Position numbers and translations under genes: made by a program. Under the pieces are notes generated by a model. That model was not told the DNA's origin, did no database searches, and saw only the letters and a program-made list of their open reading frames with translations. DNA of 64,000 nucleotides from Bradymonadia bacterium (GTDB taxonomy: Bacteria > Myxococcota_A > Bradymonadia > UBA7976 > UBA1532), in contig JBKAGE010000035.1 in the NCBI GenBank assembly GCA_046290225.1, positions 160,001 to 224,000 of the forward strand. Direction: 5' to 3'. Position 1 is the first letter of the stretch. Every line of letters starts with the position of its first letter. Of the stretch, positions 1-11,100 are shown piece after piece.

Positions 1-1612
1 CCGGTGGCGGCACCTCCGTGGTGGCCGGCCCATCGGGGATCTGGCTCAGCGCAGAGCGGCTGCGGCGTGTCTTCGGCGGGGGTTGATCCACCGTCTCACC
101 AGCTGCGGTGTCGGCGGCCAGGGCCTTGAACAAAGCACTCACTTGTATGAGCAGGATGAACACGAAGGGGATCGCCCCGCTCACCGCCGCCGCCCGCACC
201 GCGTAGATGTTCCCCGAGAGCATCAGCGCCGCCCCAAGGGCACCCAGGATCAACCCCCAGCCGATCTTCCGGCTCGTGGGCGGGTTGAGGGAGCCCTTGC
301 TGGTGAGCATGCCCAGCACGAAGGTGGCCGAGTCAACGCTGGTCACCAGGAACACGAAGAGCAGGAACAGGGTCACCACCCCGAGCACGCCGCTCATGGG
401 CAGGCGGTCGAAGAGCGAGAACAGCGCCACGGTGAGGTTCTCTTGCACCATCTGACCCACGCCGCCGGCGCCGAAGAGATCTTCGTAGAAGCCCGTGCCG
501 CCAAAGACGCCGAACCAGATGATGGAGAACAGCGTGGGGGCGAAGAGCACCCCGAGGATGAACTCCCGGATCGTGCGTCCCTTGCTGATGCGGGCGATGA
601 AGATGCCCACGAAGGGGGCCCATGCGATCCACCAGATGAAGTAGGTCAGCGTCCAGCCGTGCAGCCAGCCCTCCACGGCTTCACCCTGATAGGGGTGCAT
701 CTGCAGCGACATCTGGGGCAGGGCAGCGATGTAATCGGAGAGCGAGGTCACCACAGTGCGCAACAAGAAGGGCGTGGGGCCGGCGAAGAGCATGAAGCCC
801 AGCAGCAGCAGCGCCAGCACCATGTTGATGTTGCTCAGCCACTTGATGCCTTTGTCGAGGCTGGTGGCGGCACTGGTCATGTAACTGATCACCAGCACCA
901 CCAGGATCGCCCAGGGCACCCAGGAGGCGTCGTTGGGCGTGCCCGCCACCACGTGCAAGCCGGTCTTGAGCTGGAAGATGCCCATGCCGATGGAGCCCGC
1001 CACCCCGAAGGCCACCGCCAGGATCGCGATCAGATCGGCGGCGTAGGCCACGGGGCCCACCCAGCGGCCCGAGAACACGCTGCGGATCGGCGCCCCTGCC
1101 AGATAGGGCGTACCTCGACGGAAGCCGAAATAGGCCAGCACCAGCGCCCCGATGCCATAACAGGCCCAGGCGTGTAGCCCCCAGTGGAAATTGGTGATGT
1201 TCATGGCCTGTCGAGCAGACTCGACGGTCCCAGCCTCGCCCACCGGCGGGTGCATGAAGTGCGTGAGCGGCTCCGCCACCCCCCAGAAGAGCAACCCCAC
1301 CCCCATGCCGGCGCTGAACAGCATGGCGATCCACGAAGCGGTGCTGAACTCCGGCTCGTCTTCAGGGCGGCCGAGCTTGAGCTTGCCGTACTTCCCGAAG
1401 GCCAGCCACAGCGCCAGGATCACAAAGGCGCTCACGCTCAGCATGAAGAACCAGTCGAGGGCCCTGAACGATGTACTCGTCAGCGCCTCGGTCGACTCAC
1501 CGAGGGAGTCGGGATCAGCGATGCCCCATGCGGCGATGGCGGCGCAAAATGGAAGGGAGACATAGAAGAGATTGAGGCCACGAGGCCGGGCAGGGCCGGT
1601 CTTGTCCGGCAT
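1..1612 (-). CDS. BCCT family (betaine/choline/carnitine) transporter, 3' end truncated by window edge
   Basis: Not in the ORF track; translated by hand from ATG 1612 (GGAGGAGG just upstream): KLKLGRPEDEPEFSTASWIAMLFSAGMGVGLLFWGVAEPLTHF, and later WIAWAPFVGIFIARISKGRTIREF; frame stays open to position 1. Confidence 0.93.
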   Translation of the reverse strand, partial: MPDKTGPARPRGLNLFYVSLPFCAAIAAWGIADPDSLGESTEALTSTSFRALDWFFMLSVSAFVILALWLAFGKYGKLKLGRPEDEPEFSTASWIAMLFSAGMGVGLLFWGVAEPLTHFMHPPVGEAGTVESARQAMNITNFHWGLHAWACYGIGALVLAYFGFRRGTPYLAGAPIRSVFSGRWVGPVAYAADLIAILAVAFGVAGSIGMGIFQLKTGLHVVAGTPNDASWVPWAILVVLVISYMTSAATSLDKGIKWLSNINMVLALLLLGFMLFAGPTPFLLRTVVTSLSDYIAALPQMSLQMHPYQGEAVEGWLHGWTLTYFIWWIAWAPFVGIFIARISKGRTIREFILGVLFAPTLFSIIWFGVFGGTGFYEDLFGAGGVGQMVQENLTVALFSLFDRLPMSGVLGVVTLFLLFVFLVTSVDSATFVLGMLTSKGSLNPPTSRKIGWGLILGALGAALMLSGNIYAVRAAAVSGAIPFVFILLIQVSALFKALAADTAAGETVDQPPPKTRRSRSALSQIPDGPATTEVPPP

Positions 1613-1752
1613 GAGAAAGCGTCCTCCTCCAGCGCAGTCGGGTCTCTCATCACTGCGAGAAATACCGCGATGAAATTACTTTGAGCACTGAAGGTTTTAA
1701 CAGAACAGACTTTCACCCGTAAGGGGGCTGCTGATCGTGCGCTGGACTCATA

Positions 1753-2634
1753 TCAGCGTGCAAACGCAGCCCGACTGGCTTCGATGAAGGTCTTCAGACC
1801 ATGGCCCGGGCGGCCCAGCACACGCTCCACGTCTGGAGAGACCTGCGACGCCCAGCCTGCAGCCTTCACCCGCTCGAGACCCACCATGTCGTCGGCCATC
1901 CACTCGGGCACTTGCTGCGCCACCATGCCGTCGCGCAGCTGCTCAGGAGAGAGATCGACATAGCCCACGTCGTAGCCCGCCACCTCGGAAATCCATTGGG
2001 CGATCTCCGCCTCGGTGTGGGCCTCCGGCCCGGTGAGCTCCAAAGTCTGTCCAGCGTACAGCTCGGGCGCCCGCAACACCCTCACGATGACCTCGGCGAT
2101 GTCGGCGGTGCTCACGTAGGCCGTGGCCTGACCTGCAGAAGCACCGTACCAGGCCCCCTGGGCCTTGATGCTGCCTGCGGAATAGTTCACGAAGTTGTCC
2201 TGGAAGAAGGTGGGCCGCACCAGCACATACGGCCGGCCACTCTCCTTCACAGCCTGCTCAGCGAGACCATGGCTCCGGGGCAGGGCGCCCTCGGCTTCGG
2301 GATCTGCCCCCGCCGCGGACATGCGCACCAGCAACTCCACCTCGGCAGCCTGGGCGGCAGCGACAGCGTTGCGGACCATGTCGAGTTGCTGCTGAACGTA
2401 AGGGGTGACGAGGGCCACTCGATCCACCCCTTCGAAGGCTGCGGTGAGGCTCTGACGATCGGAGAGATCTGCCTCCACCACCTCGGCACCGAGCGCCGCG
2501 AGGTCAGCGGCACGCTCAGTGTTGCGGACCGCCACCCGCACCCGGGCCTCGGACTCGAGCAGTTGCCGCGCGATCTGGTTGCCCACGGTGCCGGTGGAGG
2601 AGAAGACGAGGAAGAGAGGGTTCTGCGTGGTCAT
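1753..2634 (-). CDS. NmrA-like / atypical SDR NAD(P)H-binding oxidoreductase
   Basis: N-terminal SSTGTVG Rossmann-like motif, VRPTFFQDN, YVSTADIA, LELTGPEA; start placed at MTTQNP (ORF track starts at 2691). Confidence 0.85.
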   Translation of the reverse strand: MTTQNPLFLVFSSTGTVGNQIARQLLESEARVRVAVRNTERAADLAALGAEVVEADLSDRQSLTAAFEGVDRVALVTPYVQQQLDMVRNAVAAAQAAEVELLVRMSAAGADPEAEGALPRSHGLAEQAVKESGRPYVLVRPTFFQDNFVNYSAGSIKAQGAWYGASAGQATAYVSTADIAEVIVRVLRAPELYAGQTLELTGPEAHTEAEIAQWISEVAGYDVGYVDLSPEQLRDGMVAQQVPEWMADDMVGLERVKAAGWASQVSPDVERVLGRPGHGLKTFIEASRAAFAR

Positions 2635-2699
2635 GGCTGTCATCCTGGTGTGTTGTTCATGGATGACCTCACCTTGACGCTGCAGACTCATTTACTCCA

Positions 2700-2735
2700 A
2701 TTGATAGTTTGAATCCGTACATTCGCATGGCTTAT
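2700..2735. promoter_or_regulatory. Tandem LysR-type T-N11-A boxes between divergent genes
   Basis: ATTGATAGTTTGAAT (2700-2714) and ATTCGCATGGCTTAT (2721-2735), both AT-N11-AT, 6 bp apart, in an AT-rich spacer. Confidence 0.6.
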
Positions 2736-2744
2736 ATACAGACC

Positions 2745-3659
2745 ATGACCACTCGACAGCTCAGTCAGATCGACGTCAACCTGTTGATCACCCTCGATGT
2801 ATTGCTCGAAACCCAGAGCGTCACCGGCGCCGCCAGACGTCTGGGGCTCACTCAGCCAGCGGTGAGCCAGGCCCTCGGACGCCTGCGCTCGATGCTCGAC
2901 GATCCGATCCTCGTTCGCCGTGGCTCTCGTATGGCCCCTACGCCGAGGGCGCAGTCCCTCGCGGGGCCCCTCAGGCGCATCTTGTCCGATCTACAGGCTC
3001 TGATCGCCGATCAGCCCCGCTTTGATCCGGCAACTTCGACGGCGGCCTTCACAATGTTCATCAACGACTACGTGGGGCTGGTGGTCCTGCCACCATTGAT
3101 GGCCACCCTTCGACAGATCGCACCGGGGATCGATCTCAGGTGTCGTCCTGTAGCCTTCGACACGCTCACCTCGGAGCTGGATCGCGGCGACGTCGACCTG
3201 GCCCTGGGTGTCTTGCCGCCTCACCCCGACAGCATTCAAAGCGCTCCAGTGATCGACGAGTCCTTTGTGTGCTTGCTGCGGCCCGACCACCCCGCCCTGC
3301 CGCACTTCGACCTGGCCACATATGCCGACCTGGGCCACTTGCTGGTCAGCCCAAGGGGGCAAAGACGCGGTGGCGTGGTGGATGACCGGCTCGCCGAGCA
3401 GGGTCTGAGCCGCCGAGTGGTGGTGGAGGTGCCCTACTTCCTCGCGGCGCCCTTTGTGCTGGCCCAGACAGATCTGGTGACCACCTTGCCCAGCCGAGTA
3501 GCTGGAGCGCTCTCTGCGCCCCACGGTCTGGTGCAACGGCCTCCGCCGCTGCCGCTCAACGGCTTCTCCATCAATATGTACTGGCACATGCGCTACGACC
3601 GGGAGCCGGCCCTGACATGGCTGCGGGGGGTGATCACCGAGGTGTGCGCTGAGCTGTAA
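2745..3659 (+). CDS. LysR family transcriptional regulator (NodD/MexT-like)
   Basis: IDVNLLITLDVLLETQSVTGAARRLGLTQPAVSQALGRLR helix-turn-helix, DPILVR, substrate-binding domain ending YWH...WLR; divergent from the NmrA-like gene. Confidence 0.95.
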   Translation: MTTRQLSQIDVNLLITLDVLLETQSVTGAARRLGLTQPAVSQALGRLRSMLDDPILVRRGSRMAPTPRAQSLAGPLRRILSDLQALIADQPRFDPATSTAAFTMFINDYVGLVVLPPLMATLRQIAPGIDLRCRPVAFDTLTSELDRGDVDLALGVLPPHPDSIQSAPVIDESFVCLLRPDHPALPHFDLATYADLGHLLVSPRGQRRGGVVDDRLAEQGLSRRVVVEVPYFLAAPFVLAQTDLVTTLPSRVAGALSAPHGLVQRPPPLPLNGFSINMYWHMRYDREPALTWLRGVITEVCAEL

Positions 3660-3665
3660 TCGGAC

Positions 3666-4835
3666 CTAGAGCCAGGACTCCAAACCCAACAGGCGGCGCT
3701 CACGAGCGCTCAGCTCGAGGCCGCCCGAACGCTGCGCCTCGGGGGTACGCCGGCGTACACGCTCGGCAGCGTATCGATCGTGCTCGGCATAGAACGGATC
3801 CACCTCGGGCGCGGGGTACATCCGGATGAACTGCTGAAGCCTCAGCTGGTCAGTGTGATTGTCGAGGCAGCCGTGCAGCTGACCCCAGGACCACAACAGC
3901 AAGTGCCCTTGCCTCAGCGGGAGAGGCTGCATCCAGTCGCGGACCGCATCATCTTGTGTAGGCCTGTGACTGCGGCGCTTGAGGCCGAGCTTTTCAGGGT
4001 AGGGGGTCTCTCTGCACCAACGGTGCAGATCCGCCTCACCCCCAGGCAGGGTCAGGTGGCAGCCCATCTCCAGGCTCTGATCGACCAATGCCAATAGACC
4101 CTGCCAACCATGCATGCGGCCCCGGCTCAGCTCATCGACGAAGAGCCAGGGGTTGTAGTCCCAGTGAGGCTTCAGACCTGCACCCCAGCGGGGTGAGGCG
4201 CCGGGGGCCAGCGTCCCGCGTTGTACACCCCAATTGTCGATGCTGGTCTGCAGCCTCTCGTCACCCCAGAGGTGAGTGAAGAGCGTGTGCACGCGCGGGT
4301 CGAGTCGATTGTGGAAGGCTTGAGCGTGCAGCGCGGGATCGTCGATCAGGAACTTCGTGCTGCTGGGCCAGTTCTCGGTGCTCCACGTGCTCGGATCGTT
4401 CGGGTCGATGGCCTGAGGCACTCCCGCAGCGGCCCCGGCAGCGTTGATCTCCTCGAACATGGCCTTGATGGTGGCCTCGCAGCGCTCAGGTTCGAACAGA
4501 CGGATGACGACGCAGCCATGGCGGCGCAGTGCTTCGCGGTAACCGTCGGGGTTCTCCACCTCGAAGCTCTCAGCAAAGCCATCGCTGTCGACAGGGTATC
4601 GAGGGAAGATCTCAGCCCACTCTTCTGGGCTGCGCCGGGCAGCGTCGCGGGCCGCCTCTGCGATCGCCATGTTGAGCCAGCGGGCGGTCAGATCCAGTTT
4701 GGGGAAGGCAGCTTGAACTGCATCGAAGCATACTGCGCGCAGTGCTTCTGTATCGGGGTAGCCATGGGCTGCGTGATGTCGAACGACATACGCCTTCGCC
4801 TCAGCGTAGGCTTTTGCTCGTGCTTCTCGATTCAT
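3666..4835 (-). CDS. PhyH-like Fe(II)/2-oxoglutarate dioxygenase family protein
   Basis: HWD (HxD) motif, WQGLLALVDQ, distal His in QLHG and RLQQFIRM. Confidence 0.6.
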   Translation of the reverse strand: MNREARAKAYAEAKAYVVRHHAAHGYPDTEALRAVCFDAVQAAFPKLDLTARWLNMAIAEAARDAARRSPEEWAEIFPRYPVDSDGFAESFEVENPDGYREALRRHGCVVIRLFEPERCEATIKAMFEEINAAGAAAGVPQAIDPNDPSTWSTENWPSSTKFLIDDPALHAQAFHNRLDPRVHTLFTHLWGDERLQTSIDNWGVQRGTLAPGASPRWGAGLKPHWDYNPWLFVDELSRGRMHGWQGLLALVDQSLEMGCHLTLPGGEADLHRWCRETPYPEKLGLKRRSHRPTQDDAVRDWMQPLPLRQGHLLLWSWGQLHGCLDNHTDQLRLQQFIRMYPAPEVDPFYAEHDRYAAERVRRRTPEAQRSGGLELSARERRLLGLESWL

Positions 4836-4882
4836 GGGCAGTGGATAGCATCATCGTCGAAGCTGGCTCAAACGGCCCCGAC

Positions 4883-6505
4883 TCAGCCCTGAGCGGCGAC
4901 AGCAGCCTGCTCGATGGCGGCGTCGGCGGCCTGCTTGTAGCCGATGGGCTTGAACTTGATGATGAACATCATGGCCTTGAGGCCCCGCACCAGCCAGAAG
5001 AACACGATGAAGCCCAGGGTGAGAATCAACGGACCAGTGAGCAGCAAACTGCTGAAGCTGATGTCGTCACCCGAGGTCTGGCTGTCGATGAGGGCTTCGA
5101 CGGCGGGCTGGGCGAAGGAGATGTAGATCGGGGGCAGAATGAAGGCCCACAGCAGCGAGATGAAGCCCCACTTCCAGAACTTCTGGGCCTTGAAGGGCAC
5201 CTTCTCGTGATACTTCGCCCGGAAGATCTTCTGGGCCTTGCCGAGGAACATCAACGTGGTGACGAAGATGGCCACGACGTTGAGCAGCACGAAGGCCAGT
5301 GCGCCACCGAGGCTGCCGTAGATGACCCCCGTGGAGGCCTCAGCATCGACGGCGACATAGAAGTAGCCCACGAAGGTGTAGGCCATGAAGGCCTCGATGG
5401 CAGGCTCAACGGCCACTGACAAGAACGCCGAGGAGAAGATCATGATGAAGATCAGCAACAGCAACAGCATGCCCGTGGACTTCATCTCCGCTGTGAGCTT
5501 CCCGAAGATCAGCTTCATCGTCTGACCTCCGGTGACCTCACCCCGCACCACACGCTCTGGCAGTTTCACGATGTCGAGCATCACGTCTTTGAGCCCCACC
5601 AGGAACAACAAAACCGCGATGACTGACAAGATGGGTGGCAGATAGCCCATCAACCCCGACAAGCTGTTCATCCAGCCCTTCACGGTGTCGAAGGCTTTGA
5701 AGTCTGCCCGCAACTTCTGAGCATTGTTGAGCAGGGCCATGGGCACCGAGTCGGCCTCGCCGGCGGCCACCTGGGCCAGGGGGGCCTCGATGAGCATCGG
5801 GGCCATCTCCAGCACGTCGTCGATGTTGTTTTCGATGGAGGCGAAGCCCGCCTCGACGAGGGCGATCTGCGGGTTGGCCACGGCACCAAGGCCGCCCTGT
5901 ACCTGCCGGAACACCACCAGCACCAATGTGAAGAGCAACATCGACACGATGAACGTGCCCGAAGCCAGCACGCTGTACTTCACCAGCAGCCCGTCGTTGC
6001 CGGGGTACTTCTTGCGCAAGAACAACGGCATGAGCAGCAGCAGCAGCCCCGAGAGGGAGAACCAGCCGAGCACCTCGGCCATGAAGGCGTTCTTCTCCTC
6101 TTGCTTGGCCATCATCTTGTCTTCGATTTTGGCCACCATGGTGTCGCGGGTCTGCACCACCTTGGCCAGCAGCATCTGCTTGTAAGCCTCTTTCTCCTCG
6201 GGGGTCATCGAGGCCACGTCGACCATGCCCCCACCCTCTTCAGATGCACCTTCGGGTTGGGCCTCGGCCATCTCGTCATCGCCGGGTGGCACCTCACCCG
6301 GAGCAAAAGCACCTTGCTCCTCAGTGTCTTGCAGCGGATCGTCGATCACGCCTTCGGCCCCAGGGGGCAGCTCCCCCTCGGCGCCCATGGGATCCTCGTC
6401 GCCGATGGGTTGGTCGACGACGCCCGGCTCATCGGGCTGCGCCATGACGGCGGTGGACCACAGTGGTACGAGAGCCAGCACACACACAGAGAGCAAGGCA
6501 CGCAT
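4883..6505 (-). CDS. Hypothetical multi-pass membrane protein with signal peptide and acidic low-complexity N-terminus
   Basis: Long ORF with host-like codon bias, signal-like MRALLSVCVLALVPLWSTAVMA, E/D/P/G-rich region, about 7-8 hydrophobic segments. Confidence 0.7.
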   Translation of the reverse strand: MRALLSVCVLALVPLWSTAVMAQPDEPGVVDQPIGDEDPMGAEGELPPGAEGVIDDPLQDTEEQGAFAPGEVPPGDDEMAEAQPEGASEEGGGMVDVASMTPEEKEAYKQMLLAKVVQTRDTMVAKIEDKMMAKQEEKNAFMAEVLGWFSLSGLLLLLMPLFLRKKYPGNDGLLVKYSVLASGTFIVSMLLFTLVLVVFRQVQGGLGAVANPQIALVEAGFASIENNIDDVLEMAPMLIEAPLAQVAAGEADSVPMALLNNAQKLRADFKAFDTVKGWMNSLSGLMGYLPPILSVIAVLLFLVGLKDVMLDIVKLPERVVRGEVTGGQTMKLIFGKLTAEMKSTGMLLLLLIFIMIFSSAFLSVAVEPAIEAFMAYTFVGYFYVAVDAEASTGVIYGSLGGALAFVLLNVVAIFVTTLMFLGKAQKIFRAKYHEKVPFKAQKFWKWGFISLLWAFILPPIYISFAQPAVEALIDSQTSGDDISFSSLLLTGPLILTLGFIVFFWLVRGLKAMMFIIKFKPIGYKQAADAAIEQAAVAAQG

Positions 6506-6691
6506 CGACATCACAGTCTCCGTCAACAGAGCATTCAGAAGCGCCCGTGATATGGACAATGACGTGGTCGATGTCAACGCGATCTCGTGGCATCACACAC
6601 ATCATCAAATGGTGAATTGTGCTGCCCTTGATCTGCAGTGCGTCACCGTGGATACGATGCCCCTGCCTCAAGCCGATTAAGGAGTCCCCCC

Positions 6692-7978
6692 ATGCGCAGA
6701 TCCACCGCCCTGTTGCCGGCCCTCTTGTGCAGCGTGGCCGCGCCGTGCCTCACGGTGGGGACCGCCGTCGCCCAGGACAACCCCGAGCTGATCGAAGCGT
6801 GTCGACCCCAAGGAGTGGCCTTCACCTTCACGCAGCCCACCAACCTGTCGCTCAACGATCAAAACGCCGTGCGGTGGCCCCTCAACGGCACGATCCGCCT
6901 GGGCTACACCGGCGCGTGGTGCCCGGAAGATGGCCAGGTGAGCTTCGTGGAGCTCGACGGTGAGGGCAACGAGGTGGGCGAGGTGCCTGCTCAGGTGCGC
7001 ATGCGCATGCCCTACCTGCTGGTGCAGAACGACCCCGAAGAGCCCGAGACCGTGCTCGAGGTCGATCCGGTGGGTCTGCTCAAGCCCCGGACCGACTACC
7101 GGGTGACGGTGAGCCCGCCGAACCCGCTGACCCCGCTCTATCGCGACTACACCCTCGAGTTCCGTACCCGAGCCTCTCAGACCGAGGGCGTGCCCGACTT
7201 CGAAGGCATCACCTCTGTGGAGCTGCCCATGCCGCTGTGCCCTGTGGACAGCAGCCCCTACCGCGAGGCGGCGGTGCCCAGCCCCGAGTGCGTCGTGGGC
7301 TCTCGTCTGGGCCTCACGGTGCGCTTTACGCCGGCGGCGCAGCGACCTGACCTGAGCTATGTGGTGTATCGCACCTCACGGCAAGTCATCGATCCCATGA
7401 CGATGGAGGTGGTGGAGTCGGAGTACAACACCACCGAGGAGTCGCCGGTACGCTATGTGCGTTCGAGCGTCTCGGGCGATCCGTCGAAGCCTGTCACCGA
7501 GCTCCCGGTTTCGGTCATCACCCATTATGGCCCTCTGCCCCGGCGAGAGTGCTTCAGCGTACGCATGGCGGATGACTACCTGCGAGAGCGCGGCGATCTC
7601 ACCAACCAGGCCTGCATCGACATCTTGACCCTGGGCACCTGCCCGCCGGGCTGTACCCCGGGCGAGATGGGCTGCTTCTCGTACCCTGATCCGATCTTGT
7701 CGGAGATCACCGCCCCCACCCCTGGGCAGAACTGCCCCAACCTCGGCCTCGCAGGCGCTGATCCGAACACGCCGATCCCTGGCATTGGCGAAGAGCCCAG
7801 CCTCGACCCCGATGCAGGTGTGGTCGAAGCCGACATGGGCATCCCACCCGATGGTGGTGCTGGCAGCGAAGGTGATGGCGGTGGTGGCAGCTGCGCCACT
7901 GCACCTGGGCGTACGGGCCCGCTGGGGCTGTTGCTGATGCTCGCAACGGGTGTGTTGGGCTGGCGTCGCCGTCGTTGA
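6692..7978 (+). CDS. Secreted Ig-like, Cys-containing surface protein with MYXO-CTERM-like sorting signal
   Basis: AAGGAG before ATG 6692, signal peptide, LKPRTDYRVTV Ig-like strand, C-terminus GGGGSCATAPG + hydrophobic helix + WRRRR. Confidence 0.8.
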   Translation: MRRSTALLPALLCSVAAPCLTVGTAVAQDNPELIEACRPQGVAFTFTQPTNLSLNDQNAVRWPLNGTIRLGYTGAWCPEDGQVSFVELDGEGNEVGEVPAQVRMRMPYLLVQNDPEEPETVLEVDPVGLLKPRTDYRVTVSPPNPLTPLYRDYTLEFRTRASQTEGVPDFEGITSVELPMPLCPVDSSPYREAAVPSPECVVGSRLGLTVRFTPAAQRPDLSYVVYRTSRQVIDPMTMEVVESEYNTTEESPVRYVRSSVSGDPSKPVTELPVSVITHYGPLPRRECFSVRMADDYLRERGDLTNQACIDILTLGTCPPGCTPGEMGCFSYPDPILSEITAPTPGQNCPNLGLAGADPNTPIPGIGEEPSLDPDAGVVEADMGIPPDGGAGSEGDGGGGSCATAPGRTGPLGLLLMLATGVLGWRRRR

Positions 7979-8102
7979 GCCTCTCCGCACTCACACACCA
8001 GTGATACGTGTCATGATTTAGGTGTAGTCCAGGCACTCCCCGTCACTTACACTGTGCTGGTTCAATCTACAGCTCAGTACAAGAGAAGACCGAGGAGGCC
8101 TC

Positions 8103-11100
8103 ATGGCTCAGTCGCTGACACAGAAGCTCTTGCAGAGCGCCCTCGCCGCGGGGGTCATCACCCTTGCAGGTTTGAGCACCGCCTCTGCGAGCACGGGTTA
8201 CCACCACTGCGCCATCGATGATGCTGGCCAGCTCAAATGCTGGGGCTACAATGCCGGCGGCCAGCTCGGCCAGGGCAACACCACACAGTATGGTGATCAA
8301 GCCAACGAAGTCGCCAACATGTCGCCGGTGAACTTGGGCACCGACGCCCAAGGCCAACCGCTCACCGTACGCCAGATTGCCCATGGCTATCGGTTCTCCT
8401 GCGCCCTGCTCGAAGATGGTCGGTTGAAGTGCTGGGGCCTCGGCTCTTATGGCAGAACCGGTTACGGAGAGACGGCCACCCGTGGTGACAGCGCCAACGA
8501 GATGGGTGACAACCTGCCCTTCGTCGATCTCGGCACCGGCCGCACCGCGGTGCACATCATGAACACCCGGTACAGCGCCTGCGCGATTCTCGACGACGGC
8601 GGCGTCAAATGCTGGGGCCGCAACAACTATGGTCAGCTCGGTCAGGGCAACACCGTCAACCGAGGCGACGGCAACAACGAGATGGGTGAAAACCTCGCCT
8701 ACACCCCCCTTGGTACTGGACGCACCGCCGTGCAGATGTCCGGCGGGTACCAGCACAATTGCGCACTGCTCGACAACGGCGACGTCAAGTGCTGGGGCTG
8801 GGGTGGCTCGGGCATGTTGGGTCAGGGCAACTCGGCCAACATCGGCGACAGCGCCAACGAGCTGGGCGACAACCTGCAACCCATCGACCTGGGCACAAAC
8901 CGCACCGCCACCATGGTGAGTTCGGGCTATCAGTTCAACTGCGCGATCCTCGACAACGGTGGTGTCAAATGCTGGGGCTACAACGGCCACGGCGAGCTGG
9001 GCCAGGGCAACACCACCGCGCGCGGTGACAACGCCGGCGAGATGGGCGACAACCTCGCTTACACCAACCTCGGCACTGGTCGTACCGCCACCCACATCGC
9101 CTCGGGCAACAATCACACCTGCGCGATTCTCGACGACGGCGGTGTCAAGTGCTGGGGCTACAACCATCATGGCCAGTTGGGCCTCAACAACACCGCCTAC
9201 CGCGGCGATCATGCCAACGAGATGGGCGACAGCCTGCCCTACGTCAACCTCGGCGTTGGCCGCACGGCAGTGTCTCTCGGTGTGGGCTTCCACAGCACCT
9301 GCGCGATTCTGGACGACGACTCGGTAAAGTGCTGGGGCTACAACCCTTACGGCAACCTCGGCACCGGCAACACAGCCAGCTATGGCAACGCCAGCTTCAA
9401 CATGTCCAGCAACCCGGGGGTGAACCTTGGCGCCAACTTCGGCACCCCCATCGATCTGGACAACTCTGGCGGCATCACGTGCCCTGACACTGACAGTGAC
9501 GGCCTGTGCGACGAGGAAGACAACTGCCCACTGGCGGCAAACGTGAACCAGGCTGATACCGACGCTGATGGCCTGGGTGATGCGTGTGACGTGTGCGCCA
9601 ACGATGCGACGAACGACGCAGACGGTGATGGCATCTGCCAGGACGTGGACAACTGCATCACTGTGGCCAACGCCGACCAGACGGACAACAACGGTGACGG
9701 CTATGGCGATGCTTGCGTGAGCGTGAACGCCGACATCGACCCCACCGCTACCCTCGGCAACGACCTCGTCATCGGTGAGAACGCTGTCATTGGTGCGTTC
9801 TCTCGCATTGGCGATGGATCCACAGTGATGGGCAGCCTCGGCAGCAGCGTGGGCGTCGGCGCCGGCTCAGTCATCGGCGCAGGTGCAGACATCGAGAACG
9901 GCGTCAGCATCGGTGAAAACGTGGGCGTTGGTGCCAACACCACGATTGGTTTGATTGCCCGCATTGGCGACGGCGCCAGCATCGGTGCTGGTGTGAGCAT
10001 TGGTACTCAGAGTGACATCGGTGCTGGTGCAGTGATTCCCGACGGCGTGCAAATCGGCGAGATTTCGGGTGTGGGAGCCAACACTCAGTTGGGTGCCGGC
10101 TGTGTGTTGGGCAACAATGCTCGGTTCGGCGCCAATGGCTCCACTGGGACTGACTGCACCCTTGAATCGAATACCCAGGTAGGTGAAGGCTTCGTCTTCG
10201 GCAGCACGGTATACATCGAGTCGAACGCCACCATCGAGGCAGAGGCCGACTTTGGTGATGGTGTCCGCATCGGCGACTACGCTGTCGTGGGCCGAAACGC
10301 TCACCTTGCTGCAGGCACCATCCTCGCTTCTGGTGCAGAGCTGGGCGAGAACGCAACAGTAGGCGCTGACTCCGAGATTCGCGGCTCCCTGGGCAACGGC
10401 GTGACTCTGGGTGCTGACTGCTTCGTGGGCAACCAGAGCAGCCTCGCCGACAACTGCACCTTTGGAGATCGCGTCACCACCGGCATCTTCGTCACCCTCG
10501 GCGCTCGCTGCGATGTGGGTGAAGATTCAGCGATTTACGACGGCGTCACCCTCGGGGTCGACGGCAACATCGGTGCTCGCAGCACCGTGCTCTTCCGCGC
10601 GGCGATTGGTGACGAAGCCACGATTGGCACCGACACCATCATCGATGAGCAGGTCACCACGGGGAACCGCTTCACCCTCGGCAACAACAGCCGCCTGTGG
10701 CCCCGCTCCGGGTTCGGCAACGACGTCAGCATCGGCGCCAATGTGCTCATCCGCGACACCGCTGATGTCGGTCATGACGTGACCATTGAAGACGACGTCA
10801 CCATCTTCCCCGAGACCACCATTGGCGAAGGCACCACCATCCGTCAGGGCGTCGAAATCGGTGTGGCAGTGTGTGAGACCCAAGTTTGTGGTCAGGTCAC
10901 CATCGGCCAGTGCAACGACATCAACGCCGATGTGCAGCCTGGCAGCGACATGGGCGGCAACTGTGCCGACGGCAGCGAGGCTGCTCGTGCCGGGGCCTCC
11001 TGCCTCGACCTTCTGAACAACGGCGTCGGCGCTGACGGTGTGTACTGGGTCGACCCCGACGGCGACGGTGGTAACGCCGCCTTCGAGGCCTACTGCGACA

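Noticed and set aside
9715..10925. Ice-binding beta-helix
   Set aside because: No regular TxT ladder is visible in the repeats
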